Under the pieces are notes generated by a model that made no database searches, was not told the DNA's origin, and saw only the letters and a list, made by a program, of their open reading frames with translations. A stretch of 56,286 nucleotides of DNA from Burkholderiaceae bacterium. GTDB lineage: Bacteria; Pseudomonadota; Gammaproteobacteria; Burkholderiales; Burkholderiaceae_C. Made by a program: the position numbers and the translations under genes. Position 1 is the stretch's first letter. Each line of letters opens with the position of its first letter. Positions 21,529-29,756 of this stretch are shown here, one piece after another. The DNA lies in contig JAURZS010000019.1 of assembly GCA_030653255.1 (NCBI GenBank), positions 1-56,286 of the forward strand, given 5' to 3'.

Positions 21529-22446
21529 ATGAGCGATTTCACTAACGGATTCTGGTCGATCTATGTAGCGGCCCTGACCTTGCTGAGCATCTTGGGCTGC
21601 CTGCTATTGCTGTGGCTCACTGCGCGCAAGAAAGGCGTCTCGCGCAGCGACAACACCACAGGCCATGTCTGGGACGGCGACCTGCGCGAGATGAACAACC
21701 CCATGCCCCGGTGGTGGATGTGGCTGTTCGTGTTGAGCATTGTCTTTTCTTTGGGCTATCTGGTGGCCTACCCAGGCCTGGGCTCATTCAAGGGCCAGCT
21801 GGGCTGGAGCACCCAGAGCGAATATGCCGCCGAGACTGCGCAGGCGCAAAAAGAACTCGCTCCGCTGTATGCAGGCTTCACGGCCAAGAAGGTTGAGGAA
21901 CTGCCGTCAGACCCGCAGGCCATGGCGGTGGGCGAGCGCCTGTTCATGAACAATTGCGCCCAATGCCACGGCTCGGACGCGCGCGGCGGCAAGGGCTTTC
22001 CCAACCTGACCGACGCTGACTGGCTCCATGGCGGCGCGCCCGACAAGATCGCCGAAACCCTGAAGCAGGGTCGGCGCGGACAGATGCCCGCGCTGGGGGC
22101 TGCCGTCGGCACGGCCGACGACGTGAAGAATGTCGCCAACTAGGTCCTGAGCCTGTCCGGCAGCTCACACGACTCGGTGCGCGCGCAGCTCGGCAAGGCG
22201 AAGTTTGGCGTCTGCGCGGCCTGCCACGGCGTCGACGGCAAGGGCAACCAGGCGCTGGGCGCACCCAATCTGACCGATGACATCTGGCTGCACGGCTGGG
22301 GCGAGAAGGCCGTCATCGAGATGATCAACAACGGCAAGCTCAACGAGATGCCGGCGCAGACGGGCTTGCTCACCGAGCCGCAGATTCATGTGCTGACCGG
22401 TTACATCTGGGGTCTGTCGAACAAGGCGGCTCCGGCCAAACCCTGA
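21529..22446 (+). pseudogene. ccoP: cbb3 oxidase diheme subunit III (ccoP) split by an in-frame TAG at 22141-22143
   Basis: ORFs 21529..22143 (TM anchor plus first heme site CAQCHG) and 22177..22446 (second heme site CAACHG) are in the same frame. Read-through gives ...DDVKNVAN-TAG-VLSLSGSSHDSVRAQLGKAKFGVCAACHG, a contiguous CcoP of about 305 aa. Confidence 0.75.
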
Positions 22447-22459
22447 AGAGGCCGGCGAC

Positions 22460-23890
22460 TTGCAATCCGATTCCGAACGCAAAATCATCCCCATCGTGCC
22501 TGACCCGGGCGATGCGGGGGGCGGGTCTCTGTTCGAGGCCCACCAGAAGGTCTATCCAAGAACGGTCAGTGGCCTGTTCTCGCGCTGGCGCTGGATCATG
22601 GTGTGGCTGACCCAGCTCGTGTTCTATGGCTTGCCCTGGCTGGAGTGGGGGCAGCGTCAGGCCGTGCTGTTCGATCTGGCAGCGCGGCGTTTCTACATCT
22701 TCGGCTTTGTGCTGTACCCGCAGGATTTCATCTACCTGACCGGTCTGCTGGTGGTCAGCGCGCTGTCGCTGTTTCTGTTCACGGCGGTGGCCGGGCGGCT
22801 GTGGTGCGGCTTTACTTGCCCGCAGACCGTGTACACAGAGATGTTCCTGTGGATCGAGCGCAAGGTGGAGGGTGACCGCACGGCGCGCATGCGGCTCGAC
22901 GGCGCGCCGATGTCGATGGAAAAGCTGGTGCGCAAGAGCTTCAAACACATTCTGTGGATCGGTGTGGCGATGTGGACCGGCTTCACATTTGTCGGCTATT
23001 TTTCGCCGATCCGCGAGTTGGCAATGGAGTTCTTCCAGACGCGAATGAGTTCCTGGGAGATGTTCTGGGTGCTGTTCTATGGCACGGCCACTTATGGCAA
23101 TGCCGGCTTTCTGCGCGAACAGGTGTGCAAGTACATGTGCCCCTATGCGCGCTTCCAGAGCGCCATGTTCGACGCCGACACCATGATCGTGAGCTATGAC
23201 CCCGCGCGCGGCGAGCCCCGCGGCGCGCGCTCGCGCAAGGCCGATCCGGCTGCGCTGTCGCTGGGGGCCTGCGTGGACTGCACCCTGTGCGTGCAGGTTT
23301 GCCCGACCGGCATCGACATCCGCGAAGGCCTGCAGTACGAATGCATAGGCTGCGCGGCCTGCGTCGACGTCTGCGACACCGTCATGGACAAAATGAATTA
23401 CCCGCGCGGCCTGATCCGGTTCACGACCCAGCATTCCATGCAAAACGGCCTGACGGGCGCGCAGACCTGGCGGCGCGTGTTCCGCCCGCGCGTGCTGGTC
23501 TACAGCGCCCTGCTGGCTGCCTTGTGCCTGGCCCTGTTATGGAGCCTGGCGACGCGCACGCCCCTGAAGGTGGACGTGGTGCGGGACCGCGCCTCGCTGG
23601 CGCGCATCGTCTCGGGCGGCAAGCTGGAAAACGTCTATCGGCTGCAGATCATGAACGCGACCGAGAAGCCACAGCGCTACCGTCTGACGGCGCGTGGGCT
23701 TGATGGTCTGGTCCTCGCCTCGGAGCCGGAGGTCGAGGTCGGGCCGACGCAGTCGCGATGGGTGGCAGTGCGGCTTCAGATTCCCTACGACTCTGCAGCG
23801 GCCGGATCCCATCCGATCCACTTCGACATCGCGGCCACGGGCGCGGCCGATCATGTCAGCGAAGCTTCCGTTTTTCTCGTGCCGCGTTAG
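22460..23890 (+). CDS. ccoG: cytochrome c oxidase accessory protein CcoG/FixG (4Fe-4S)
   Basis: CPYARFQ and CVDCTLCVQVCPTGIDIR / CIGCAACVDVCD ferredoxin motifs with multiple TM segments. TTG start. Confidence 0.9.
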   Translation: MQSDSERKIIPIVPDPGDAGGGSLFEAHQKVYPRTVSGLFSRWRWIMVWLTQLVFYGLPWLEWGQRQAVLFDLAARRFYIFGFVLYPQDFIYLTGLLVVSALSLFLFTAVAGRLWCGFTCPQTVYTEMFLWIERKVEGDRTARMRLDGAPMSMEKLVRKSFKHILWIGVAMWTGFTFVGYFSPIRELAMEFFQTRMSSWEMFWVLFYGTATYGNAGFLREQVCKYMCPYARFQSAMFDADTMIVSYDPARGEPRGARSRKADPAALSLGACVDCTLCVQVCPTGIDIREGLQYECIGCAACVDVCDTVMDKMNYPRGLIRFTTQHSMQNGLTGAQTWRRVFRPRVLVYSALLAALCLALLWSLATRTPLKVDVVRDRASLARIVSGGKLENVYRLQIMNATEKPQRYRLTARGLDGLVLASEPEVEVGPTQSRWVAVRLQIPYDSAAAGSHPIHFDIAATGAADHVSEASVFLVPR

Positions 23891-23898
23891 GAGCATTC

Positions 23899-24168
23899 AT
23901 GAAATCAGACCGCACCGATGCAGCGCCCTGGTGGACTTACGGCCATGTCTGGCTGGTGATCGGCGGCCCCGCCGTGGTGGTGGTGGCCGCGCTGGTGACA
24001 GGCTGGATTGCATTCAGTCATCCCGATGCAGTGCTCGCCGAAGACTACTACCGCAAAGGGCTTGAAATCAACAAGACGCTGGGGCAGCCGGCCGGGGACA
24101 AGGCGCTGATGCCGGCCATGCAGGGCCGCAACCACGCCGCCACGCCGCCGAAGAAGGCCGTGCCCTGA
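23899..24168 (+). CDS. short FixH/CcoH-like membrane protein
   Basis: AGGAG precedes ATG 23899. PWW..G.VWLVIGGPAVVVVAALVTGWIAF...AEDYYRKGLEINK resembles the N-terminal TM plus DDYYKxGLxIN region of FixH, but the protein is only 89 aa. Confidence 0.55.
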   Translation: MKSDRTDAAPWWTYGHVWLVIGGPAVVVVAALVTGWIAFSHPDAVLAEDYYRKGLEINKTLGQPAGDKALMPAMQGRNHAATPPKKAVP

Positions 24169-24197
24169 ATCACCACCGCGAAGAGGAGACCGAACGC

Positions 24198-24425
24198 ATG
24201 GGCAAGAATCTGATGTATGTCGCCTGGCCCGCTTTCCTGGGTGCCTGTCTGCTGGAGGGCTTTGTCTTCGCCTTTGTCGACCCGCAACTTCTGCAATGGG
24301 CGGGCCGGCCGCTGGGATGGTCCAGCCAGTCGGTGCTGACAGCGGCCTTCTTCGTGTTCTGGGGCGTTGGCGCGGCGACCAGCGGGCTCACCATCGTCCT
24401 GAGCAGTCCGGTGCGCGACAGGTAG
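24198..24425 (+). CDS. hypothetical small two-TM membrane protein
   Basis: 75-aa ORF with GAGGAG upstream and two hydrophobic segments. No family recognised. Confidence 0.5.
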   Translation: MGKNLMYVAWPAFLGACLLEGFVFAFVDPQLLQWAGRPLGWSSQSVLTAAFFVFWGVGAATSGLTIVLSSPVRDR

Positions 24426-24519
24426 GCGCAGCCAGGCGCGGGAGGGGACTCTCGCCTGAGGGTAAAGTAGCGGGTGGAAGGGGCATTCGCCCCTTCATTG
24501 CCGACCCGACCCATATTTC

Positions 24520-25614
24520 GTGCCGCTTCACCCCATTGCCGATCTTCCCCCCGTTCCGTCCGGCGACCTGCCGGGCAATGCCGTTGCGCTCCTGGCGGGC
24601 GTGCTCGACTCCGCGATGGACGGAATCATCACCGTCGATCAGGAGCAGTCCGTCGTCATGTTCAACCGGGCGGCCGAACGCATTTTTGGATGGTCGCGGC
24701 AGCAGGTGCTGGGGCAGCCGCTGGACAAGCTGATTCCGCAGCGCTTTCGTGCCGGCCATGGCCGGCACTTGGCGCGTTTCGGTGCAACGGGCATTACTTC
24801 TCGCCGCATGGGTGATGGCACCGTGATCCACGGTCTGCGCGCCAATGGCGAGGAATTTCCGCTGGACGCATCGATATCGCAGCTCGACACCCCCCAGGGC
24901 AAGCTCTACACGGTGATTCTGCGCGATGTGACCGAGCGTGTGCAGGCCCAGGAGGAGCGCAGCGCCTTCGCCGCCGCCGCCCATGCGATCCGCGAGGAAG
25001 AAAAATCCCGCGTGGCGCGCGAGCTCCACGACGAACTCGCCCAGTCGCTCACCGCCTTGAAGATGGACGCGATCTGGATGCGTGATCATGTCGGCGAAAT
25101 GCCCACAAGCGCGCGCGCCAAGCTCGACTCCATGCTGGCGACCCTGGACCATGCGGTCGCCTCGACCCGCCGCATTGCGGCCGATCTGCGCCCGCTGATG
25201 CTTGACGACCTGGGCCTGGCGCCGGCGATCGAGTGGCTGGCCAGCGGTTTCACACAGCGTTTCGGCGTGCCCTGCGAGGCCGTGATCGACGAAGATCTGG
25301 AGTTGCAGGAGCCGTATGCCACAGCCGTGTTTCGTATCGTGCAGGAATCGCTTGCCAATGTGGCCAAACATGCACAGGCGAAGCGGGCCCGGGTGCTGGT
25401 GGAAAAGCGGCCCGATACGATTCTTTTGTCGGTGCGCGACGACGGCCGGGGCTTCGAGACCGCAGCCCCGCGCAAGCCGCAGTCGCTGGGGCTGATGGGC
25501 CTGCGCGAGCGCGCCCATCTGCTCAAGGGCGAGGTGCGCATCGAAAGCACCCCCGGGCAGGGCACGCTGATCGAGGTGCGCATTCCGCTGCCCGCGCTGG
25601 AGGCCGCCGCATGA
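24520..25614 (+). CDS. cytoplasmic PAS-domain sensor histidine kinase (HisKA_3/NarX-DegS type core)
   Basis: The PAS segment DGIITVDQEQSVVMFNRAAERIFGWSRQQVLGQPL resembles the FixL heme-PAS. H-box ELHDELAQSLTAL, then an HATPase (DDGRGF, GLMGLRERA). No TM segments. GTG start is uncertain. Confidence 0.8.
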   Translation: MPLHPIADLPPVPSGDLPGNAVALLAGVLDSAMDGIITVDQEQSVVMFNRAAERIFGWSRQQVLGQPLDKLIPQRFRAGHGRHLARFGATGITSRRMGDGTVIHGLRANGEEFPLDASISQLDTPQGKLYTVILRDVTERVQAQEERSAFAAAAHAIREEEKSRVARELHDELAQSLTALKMDAIWMRDHVGEMPTSARAKLDSMLATLDHAVASTRRIAADLRPLMLDDLGLAPAIEWLASGFTQRFGVPCEAVIDEDLELQEPYATAVFRIVQESLANVAKHAQAKRARVLVEKRPDTILLSVRDDGRGFETAAPRKPQSLGLMGLRERAHLLKGEVRIESTPGQGTLIEVRIPLPALEAAA

Positions 25615-26258
25615 TCCGCATCGTGATCGCGGACGACCACGCCATCGTGCGCGAGGGCCTGCAGCGCATTGTGTCCGCCGCTGACGACATGGAAGTCGTC
25701 GCCGAGGCCGCCGATGGCAATGAGGTGATGCAGCGCGTGCGCGAAACCGATTTCGATGTGCTGGTGCTTGATCTGTCCATGCCCGGGCGCAGCGGCATGG
25801 AGATGATCAAATGGGTGCGCGCCGAAAAGCCCCGTTCGCGCATTCTGGTGCTGAGCATGCACCAGGAGTTGCAGTATGCGGTGCGCGCCATCAAGGCCGG
25901 CGCCAGCGGCTACCTGACCAAGGAGAGCGCCACGGCTCAGCTCGTCCAGGCGCTGCGCAAGATCGCCACTGGCGGGGCCTATGTCAGCGCCGAGGTGGCC
26001 GAACAGCTGGCCCTGGGGGCCATGCCGGGGGCGGCCCCGGCGCTGCCGCACGAGTCCCTGTCCGACCGCGAGTTCGAGGTGTTCCGGTTGATCGCAGCCG
26101 GCGTGTCGGTGACCGATATCGCAGCGCGGCTGCATCTGTCGGTCAAGACGGTGAGCACCCACAAGTCCAATCTGATGCACAAGCTGGGGCTGCACAACCA
26201 GAGCGAGCTCATCCGCTATGCCTTGAAGCACGAGCTGACCGACCAGCTCGACCCCTGA
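25611..26258 (+). CDS. NarL/FixJ-family response regulator (receiver + LuxR HTH)
   Basis: MIRIVIADDHAIVREGL...DLSMPGRSG receiver and C-terminal LSDREFEVFRLIAAGVSVTDIAARLHLSVKTVSTHKSNLMHKLG. Its ATG overlaps the kinase TGA. Confidence 0.9.
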   Translation: MIRIVIADDHAIVREGLQRIVSAADDMEVVAEAADGNEVMQRVRETDFDVLVLDLSMPGRSGMEMIKWVRAEKPRSRILVLSMHQELQYAVRAIKAGASGYLTKESATAQLVQALRKIATGGAYVSAEVAEQLALGAMPGAAPALPHESLSDREFEVFRLIAAGVSVTDIAARLHLSVKTVSTHKSNLMHKLGLHNQSELIRYALKHELTDQLDP

Positions 26259-26301
26259 TCCCGCCCGGGCAGCGGCAAACAGGCGCCGATCAGCGGCTTT
26301 A

Positions 26302-26315
26302 TTGACTAAGGTCAA
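26302..26315. promoter_or_regulatory. FNR/Anr box (TTGACTAAGGTCAA) upstream of hemN
   Basis: Perfect dyad TTGAC-N4-GTCAA centred about 60 nt upstream of the hemN ATG (26368). Confidence 0.8.
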
Positions 26316-26367
26316 TGACATCTCGGGCGGTCTGTTTCACAGTGGGGCCTGCTCACGAGTTGCCCCT

Positions 26368-27744
26368 ATGCCCACCATATCTTCCGAACTCCTGCGGCGC
26401 TTTGATGTCCCGGGGCCGCGCTATACGTCCTACCCGACGGCGGACCGCTTTGTCGAGGCCTTCGGTCCGCTGGACCACGCCCAGGTCCTCGCGCAGCGGC
26501 ACGATGCGCCGGCCGCACGGCCCCTGTCGCTTTACGTGCATCTGCCCTTTTGCGCATCGTTGTGCTACTTTTGCGCCTGCAACAAAATCATCACGCGCAA
26601 GGCGGACAGCGCGCGCGACTACCTTGGCTATCTGAGTCGCGAGGTCGATTTGCAGACGCTGGAGCTCGGCGTGGGACAGGCCGTGTCGCAACTGCACCTG
26701 GGAGGCGGCTCGCCCACCTTCTTCACCGACGAGGAGCTGGGAGACCTCATGGCGATGCTGGGACGCAGGTTCAAGCTCGCACCCAAGGGCGAATATTCCA
26801 TCGAAATCGATCCCCGCACGGTGGACGGGAAGCGGCTGGAGAACCTGGCGAAGCTGGGCTTCAACCGCATCAGCTTCGGCGTGCAGGACTTCGATCTCGA
26901 GGTGCAGAAGGCGGTGCACCGCATTCAGCCAGCGGAACAGGTCTTCGATCTGATGGCGCACGCGCGCCGCATCGGCTTCGAGTCCGTGAACGTCGATCTG
27001 ATCTATGGTCTGCCGCGGCAAACACAGGAAACCTTCTCGCGCACGCTGGCGCAGATCACCGAGTTGCGGCCGGACCGCATTGCCCTGTATGCCTATGCCC
27101 ATCTGCCGGAACGCTTCAAGCCGCAGCGCCGCATCATGTTGACCGAGTTGCCCGCCGGACCGTCCAAGATCGACATGCTGGCGCGCTCGCTCGAAGTGTT
27201 TCAAGGCGCGGGTTACGACTATGTCGGCATGGACCATTTCGCATTACCCCAGGACAGCCTGTCGGTGGCCAGGCGGCAGGGGCGGCTGCACCGCAATTTC
27301 CAGGGCTACAGCACCCAGCCAGACTGCGATCTGGTGGGCCTGGGGGTGTCGGCGATCAGCCGCATCGGCGCCAGTTACAGCCAGAACGCCAAGACTCTGG
27401 ACGCCTACCGCGACAGCCTGGACCAGGGGCGCCTGCCGATCGACAGGGGACTGACCCTGAGCCGCGACGACCTCACCCGCCGCGCCGTGATCATGGCGCT
27501 GATGTGCCAGGGGCAGGTGCTGTTCGAGACCATCGAGCAGGCCTGGCTGATCGATTTCCGCAGTTATTTTGCGTCCGAGTTGGTGCAATTGCAGGGGCTG
27601 GCCGAGACCGGGCTGGTCCGGCTGGACGACACGGGCATCGAGGTCACGGCCGAAGGCTGGTATTTCGTGCGGGCGGTGGCCATGGTGTTTGACCGGTATT
27701 TGCAGGCCGACCGCAGTCGGGCGAAATTTTCGCGCATCATATGA
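26368..27744 (+). CDS. hemN: oxygen-independent coproporphyrinogen III oxidase (radical SAM)
   Basis: RYTSYPTADRF, radical-SAM cluster motif CASLCYFCAC, and GGGSPTF. 458 aa. Confidence 0.93.
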   Translation: MPTISSELLRRFDVPGPRYTSYPTADRFVEAFGPLDHAQVLAQRHDAPAARPLSLYVHLPFCASLCYFCACNKIITRKADSARDYLGYLSREVDLQTLELGVGQAVSQLHLGGGSPTFFTDEELGDLMAMLGRRFKLAPKGEYSIEIDPRTVDGKRLENLAKLGFNRISFGVQDFDLEVQKAVHRIQPAEQVFDLMAHARRIGFESVNVDLIYGLPRQTQETFSRTLAQITELRPDRIALYAYAHLPERFKPQRRIMLTELPAGPSKIDMLARSLEVFQGAGYDYVGMDHFALPQDSLSVARRQGRLHRNFQGYSTQPDCDLVGLGVSAISRIGASYSQNAKTLDAYRDSLDQGRLPIDRGLTLSRDDLTRRAVIMALMCQGQVLFETIEQAWLIDFRSYFASELVQLQGLAETGLVRLDDTGIEVTAEGWYFVRAVAMVFDRYLQADRSRAKFSRII

Positions 27745-27999
27745 GACATGACCGCAACGCTCGCCTTGACCGCATTGCTGATGGGACTCACCGGAGGCCC
27801 CCATTGCGCCATCATGTGCGGCGCGGGTTGCGCCGGCATCGTGCGTGCGTCGGGCGGGGCGTCGGCGTGGTCCATGGGGGCGTTTCAGGCCGGGCGGTTG
27901 CTCGGCTATTCCGTTGCGGGTGCCGTTGCTGCGTGGGCCGTACAAAGCCTGGCTTGGCTTAGTTCTACCACCGCCGCGCTGCAGCCGCTGTGGACGCTG

Positions 28000-28032
28000 T
28001 GAGGTTGCCCCCGAAAAGTGGAGCTCTTAGCC
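28000..28032 (+). repeat. IS left terminal inverted repeat
   Basis: TGAGGTTGCCCCCGAAAAGTGGAGCTCTTAGCC. About 24/33 positions match the reverse complement of 29268-29300. Confidence 0.8.
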
Positions 28033-28062
28033 TTGTTGAAAATATCGACAAGGAGCCGAGAG

Positions 28063-28395
28063 ATGACACACAAGCAGTTGCGTGCGCAGTACACGCAAGA
28101 GTTCAAAATGGAGGCGGTGCGCCAGGTGCGGGCGGGTCAGGCCATTGCCGTGGTGGCCAAGGTCTTGGGCATACCCAAAGCCAGCCTGGGCAATTGGGTT
28201 CGCCAGTCGGCCAAGGGCGATTTGAGCGGGGCGGGTGCTGATGACAAGGTTGCCAGGGTGTCCCCAGAGCAGATGGAGCTGGCCCGCCTGAGGGCAGAGA
28301 ACGCGCGCTTGAGGATGGAGCGCGACATCGCAAAAAAAGCCGCGGCGTACTTCGCGCAGGACACGCTGCGGGGTACGCCTGGATTCACCAAATGA
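28063..28395 (+). CDS. IS3-family transposase OrfA (HTH)
   Basis: MTHKQLRAQYTQEFKMEAVRQV... with a leucine-zipper-like C-terminus. AGGAG lies 8 nt upstream. Confidence 0.88.
   Translation: MTHKQLRAQYTQEFKMEAVRQVRAGQAIAVVAKVLGIPKASLGNWVRQSAKGDLSGAGADDKVARVSPEQMELARLRAENARLRMERDIAKKAAAYFAQDTLRGTPGFTK
28332..28339 (+). other. programmed -1 ribosomal frameshift site (AAAAAAAG) for the OrfAB fusion
   Basis: A7G run near the end of orfA. The -1 frame is open from here into orfB (KKSRGVLRAGHAAGYAWIHQM...). Confidence 0.7.
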
Positions 28396-29261
28396 GAGGG
28401 CTGTATCCGGTCAGCCTGGCCTGCGAGGTGCTGGAAGTCAGCGCCAGCGGGTATTTCACCTGGCTGCGCAGGCGCCAGGCCAGCCGCAGTGGGCCGCCCG
28501 GGCGCCACAGCAACGAGGTCCTGTTGGCTCACATCCGTGCCATCCACGCCGAAGTCAAGGGCGAATATGGCTGGCCACGCATGCACAAGGAGTTGCTGGC
28601 CCGGGGCATCCGGGTGGGCAAAGACAGGGTGCGCAAGCTGATGAAACAGCACGGCATCAAGGCCAAGACCAAACGCAAGTTCGTGGTGACCACCGACAGC
28701 CGCCATAACCTACCCGTGGCGCCCGACCTGGTGCAGCGGCGCTTCAACCCCGAGGCGCCCAATCAACTCTGGAGTGGCGACATCACCTACATCGCCACGG
28801 ACGAGGGCTGGCTGTACCTGGCCGCTGTCATCGACCTGTTTGGCCGCCAGGTGGTGGGCTGGAGCCTTCAGCCCCACATGCAAACCAGTCTGGTCAAGGA
28901 CGCATTGGCCATGGCGTGGTGGCGTCGGCGGCCTGCGGCTGGCTTGATATTCCACAGCGACAGGGGCAGTCAATATTGCAGCGGGGAGTTCCAGGCCATT
29001 TTGAGAGCCTGGGGCATGCGCTCATCGATGAGCAGAAAGGGGAACTGCTGGGACAACGCGCCAACGGAGAGCTTCTGGGGTCGGCTGAAAACGGCCAGTG
29101 TGCATGGTCAAAAATTCGCCACCCGAGAGCAGGCCAGGCAGGCTGTGATGGACTGGATGGCTTTCTACAATCACCGCAGGCTGCATTCGTCGCTGGGCTA
29201 TCTCAGCCCGATGCAGTTCGAGCAACGCTGGTACGAGGCACAGCGTAAAAAAGCCGCGTGA
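28392..29261 (+). CDS. IS3-family transposase OrfB (DDE/rve integrase core)
   Basis: WSGDITYI, HSDRGSQY and NCWDNAPTESFWGRLK motifs (D, D, E triad context). Confidence 0.9.
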   Translation: MRGLYPVSLACEVLEVSASGYFTWLRRRQASRSGPPGRHSNEVLLAHIRAIHAEVKGEYGWPRMHKELLARGIRVGKDRVRKLMKQHGIKAKTKRKFVVTTDSRHNLPVAPDLVQRRFNPEAPNQLWSGDITYIATDEGWLYLAAVIDLFGRQVVGWSLQPHMQTSLVKDALAMAWWRRRPAAGLIFHSDRGSQYCSGEFQAILRAWGMRSSMSRKGNCWDNAPTESFWGRLKTASVHGQKFATREQARQAVMDWMAFYNHRRLHSSLGYLSPMQFEQRWYEAQRKKAA

Positions 29262-29267
29262 CCATTG

Positions 29268-29300
29268 GGCTAAGAACTACACGGAACAGGGGCAAGGTCA
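29268..29300 (-). repeat. IS right terminal inverted repeat
   Basis: The reverse complement TGACCTTGCCCCTGTTCCGTGTAGTTCTTAGCC pairs with the left IR. Confidence 0.8.
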
Positions 29301-29756
29301 CTGTTCCATCTGCTGGTGTTGACATGGGGGCTGATGCTGCTGGCCCGAGCGCGTCAACCTGACTGGGTGAGCCTGGCGGGCCGCTCCATCTGGATGCGGG
29401 TCGCACCGGTGGCGCGCAGCCGTAGCGGGCCTGTCGCTGCGGGCATGCTGTGGGTGTTCCTGCCTTGCGGCCTGCTGTATTCGGCGCTCTTGGTGGCATC
29501 CCTGTCGGGCGGCCCGCTGCAAGGCGCCTTGTCGATGGCCTTGTTCGCTGCGGGCAGTTCGATCTCGCTGATGCTGGCTCCGGTGGTGCTGCGCCGTCTG
29601 GAGCGATCGGGCAATCTCAGGCGTGATGGCGTCGGCACACGCGCAGCCGGCGCTCTGCTGGCGATCGTGGCGTTGTGGGCCTTGTGGCACGACATGGCGG
29701 AAAAAATATTGGACTGGTGCTCGATCGGGTAGCGGGCAGGTGTGCCGCGCCGACGC

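Larger units (their letters stand above)
28000..29300 (+). mobile_element. IS3-family insertion sequence (IS911/IS3-group-like), 1301 bp, apparently intact
   Basis: TG...CA termini, 33-bp imperfect terminal inverted repeats, orfA/orfB in 0/-1 frames with an A7G slippery site, DDE transposase, and a 3-bp direct duplication CTG (27997-27999 and 29301-29303). Confidence 0.9.
27748..29732 (+). pseudogene. DsbD_2/UreH-like (TauE-type) membrane protein gene disrupted by an IS element
   Basis: The 5' part 27748..27999 (contains GGPHCAIMCG) and the 3' part 29304..29732 join in frame once the IS and one CTG copy are removed (...LQPLWTL|FHLLVLTWGLMLL...), giving a protein of about 226 aa with multiple TM segments. 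Confidence 0.75.

Noticed and set aside
22141-22143. Possibility that TAG is reassigned or read through genome-wide, explaining both internal amber codons (79-81 and 22141-22143).
   Set aside because: TAG terminates several ORFs in this window at the expected protein ends: the propeller gene at 5756-5758, DUF4124 at 11597-11599 and ntrC at 14314-14316. Global reassignment is therefore not supported. Point mutation or sequencing error is more parsimonious.
24476-24495. Perfect 8-bp hairpin GAAGGGGC-attc-GCCCCTTC upstream of the PAS kinase.
   Set aside because: No U-tract follows on either strand. It may be a weak terminator or attenuator after the small membrane ORF, but the evidence is insufficient to annotate it.
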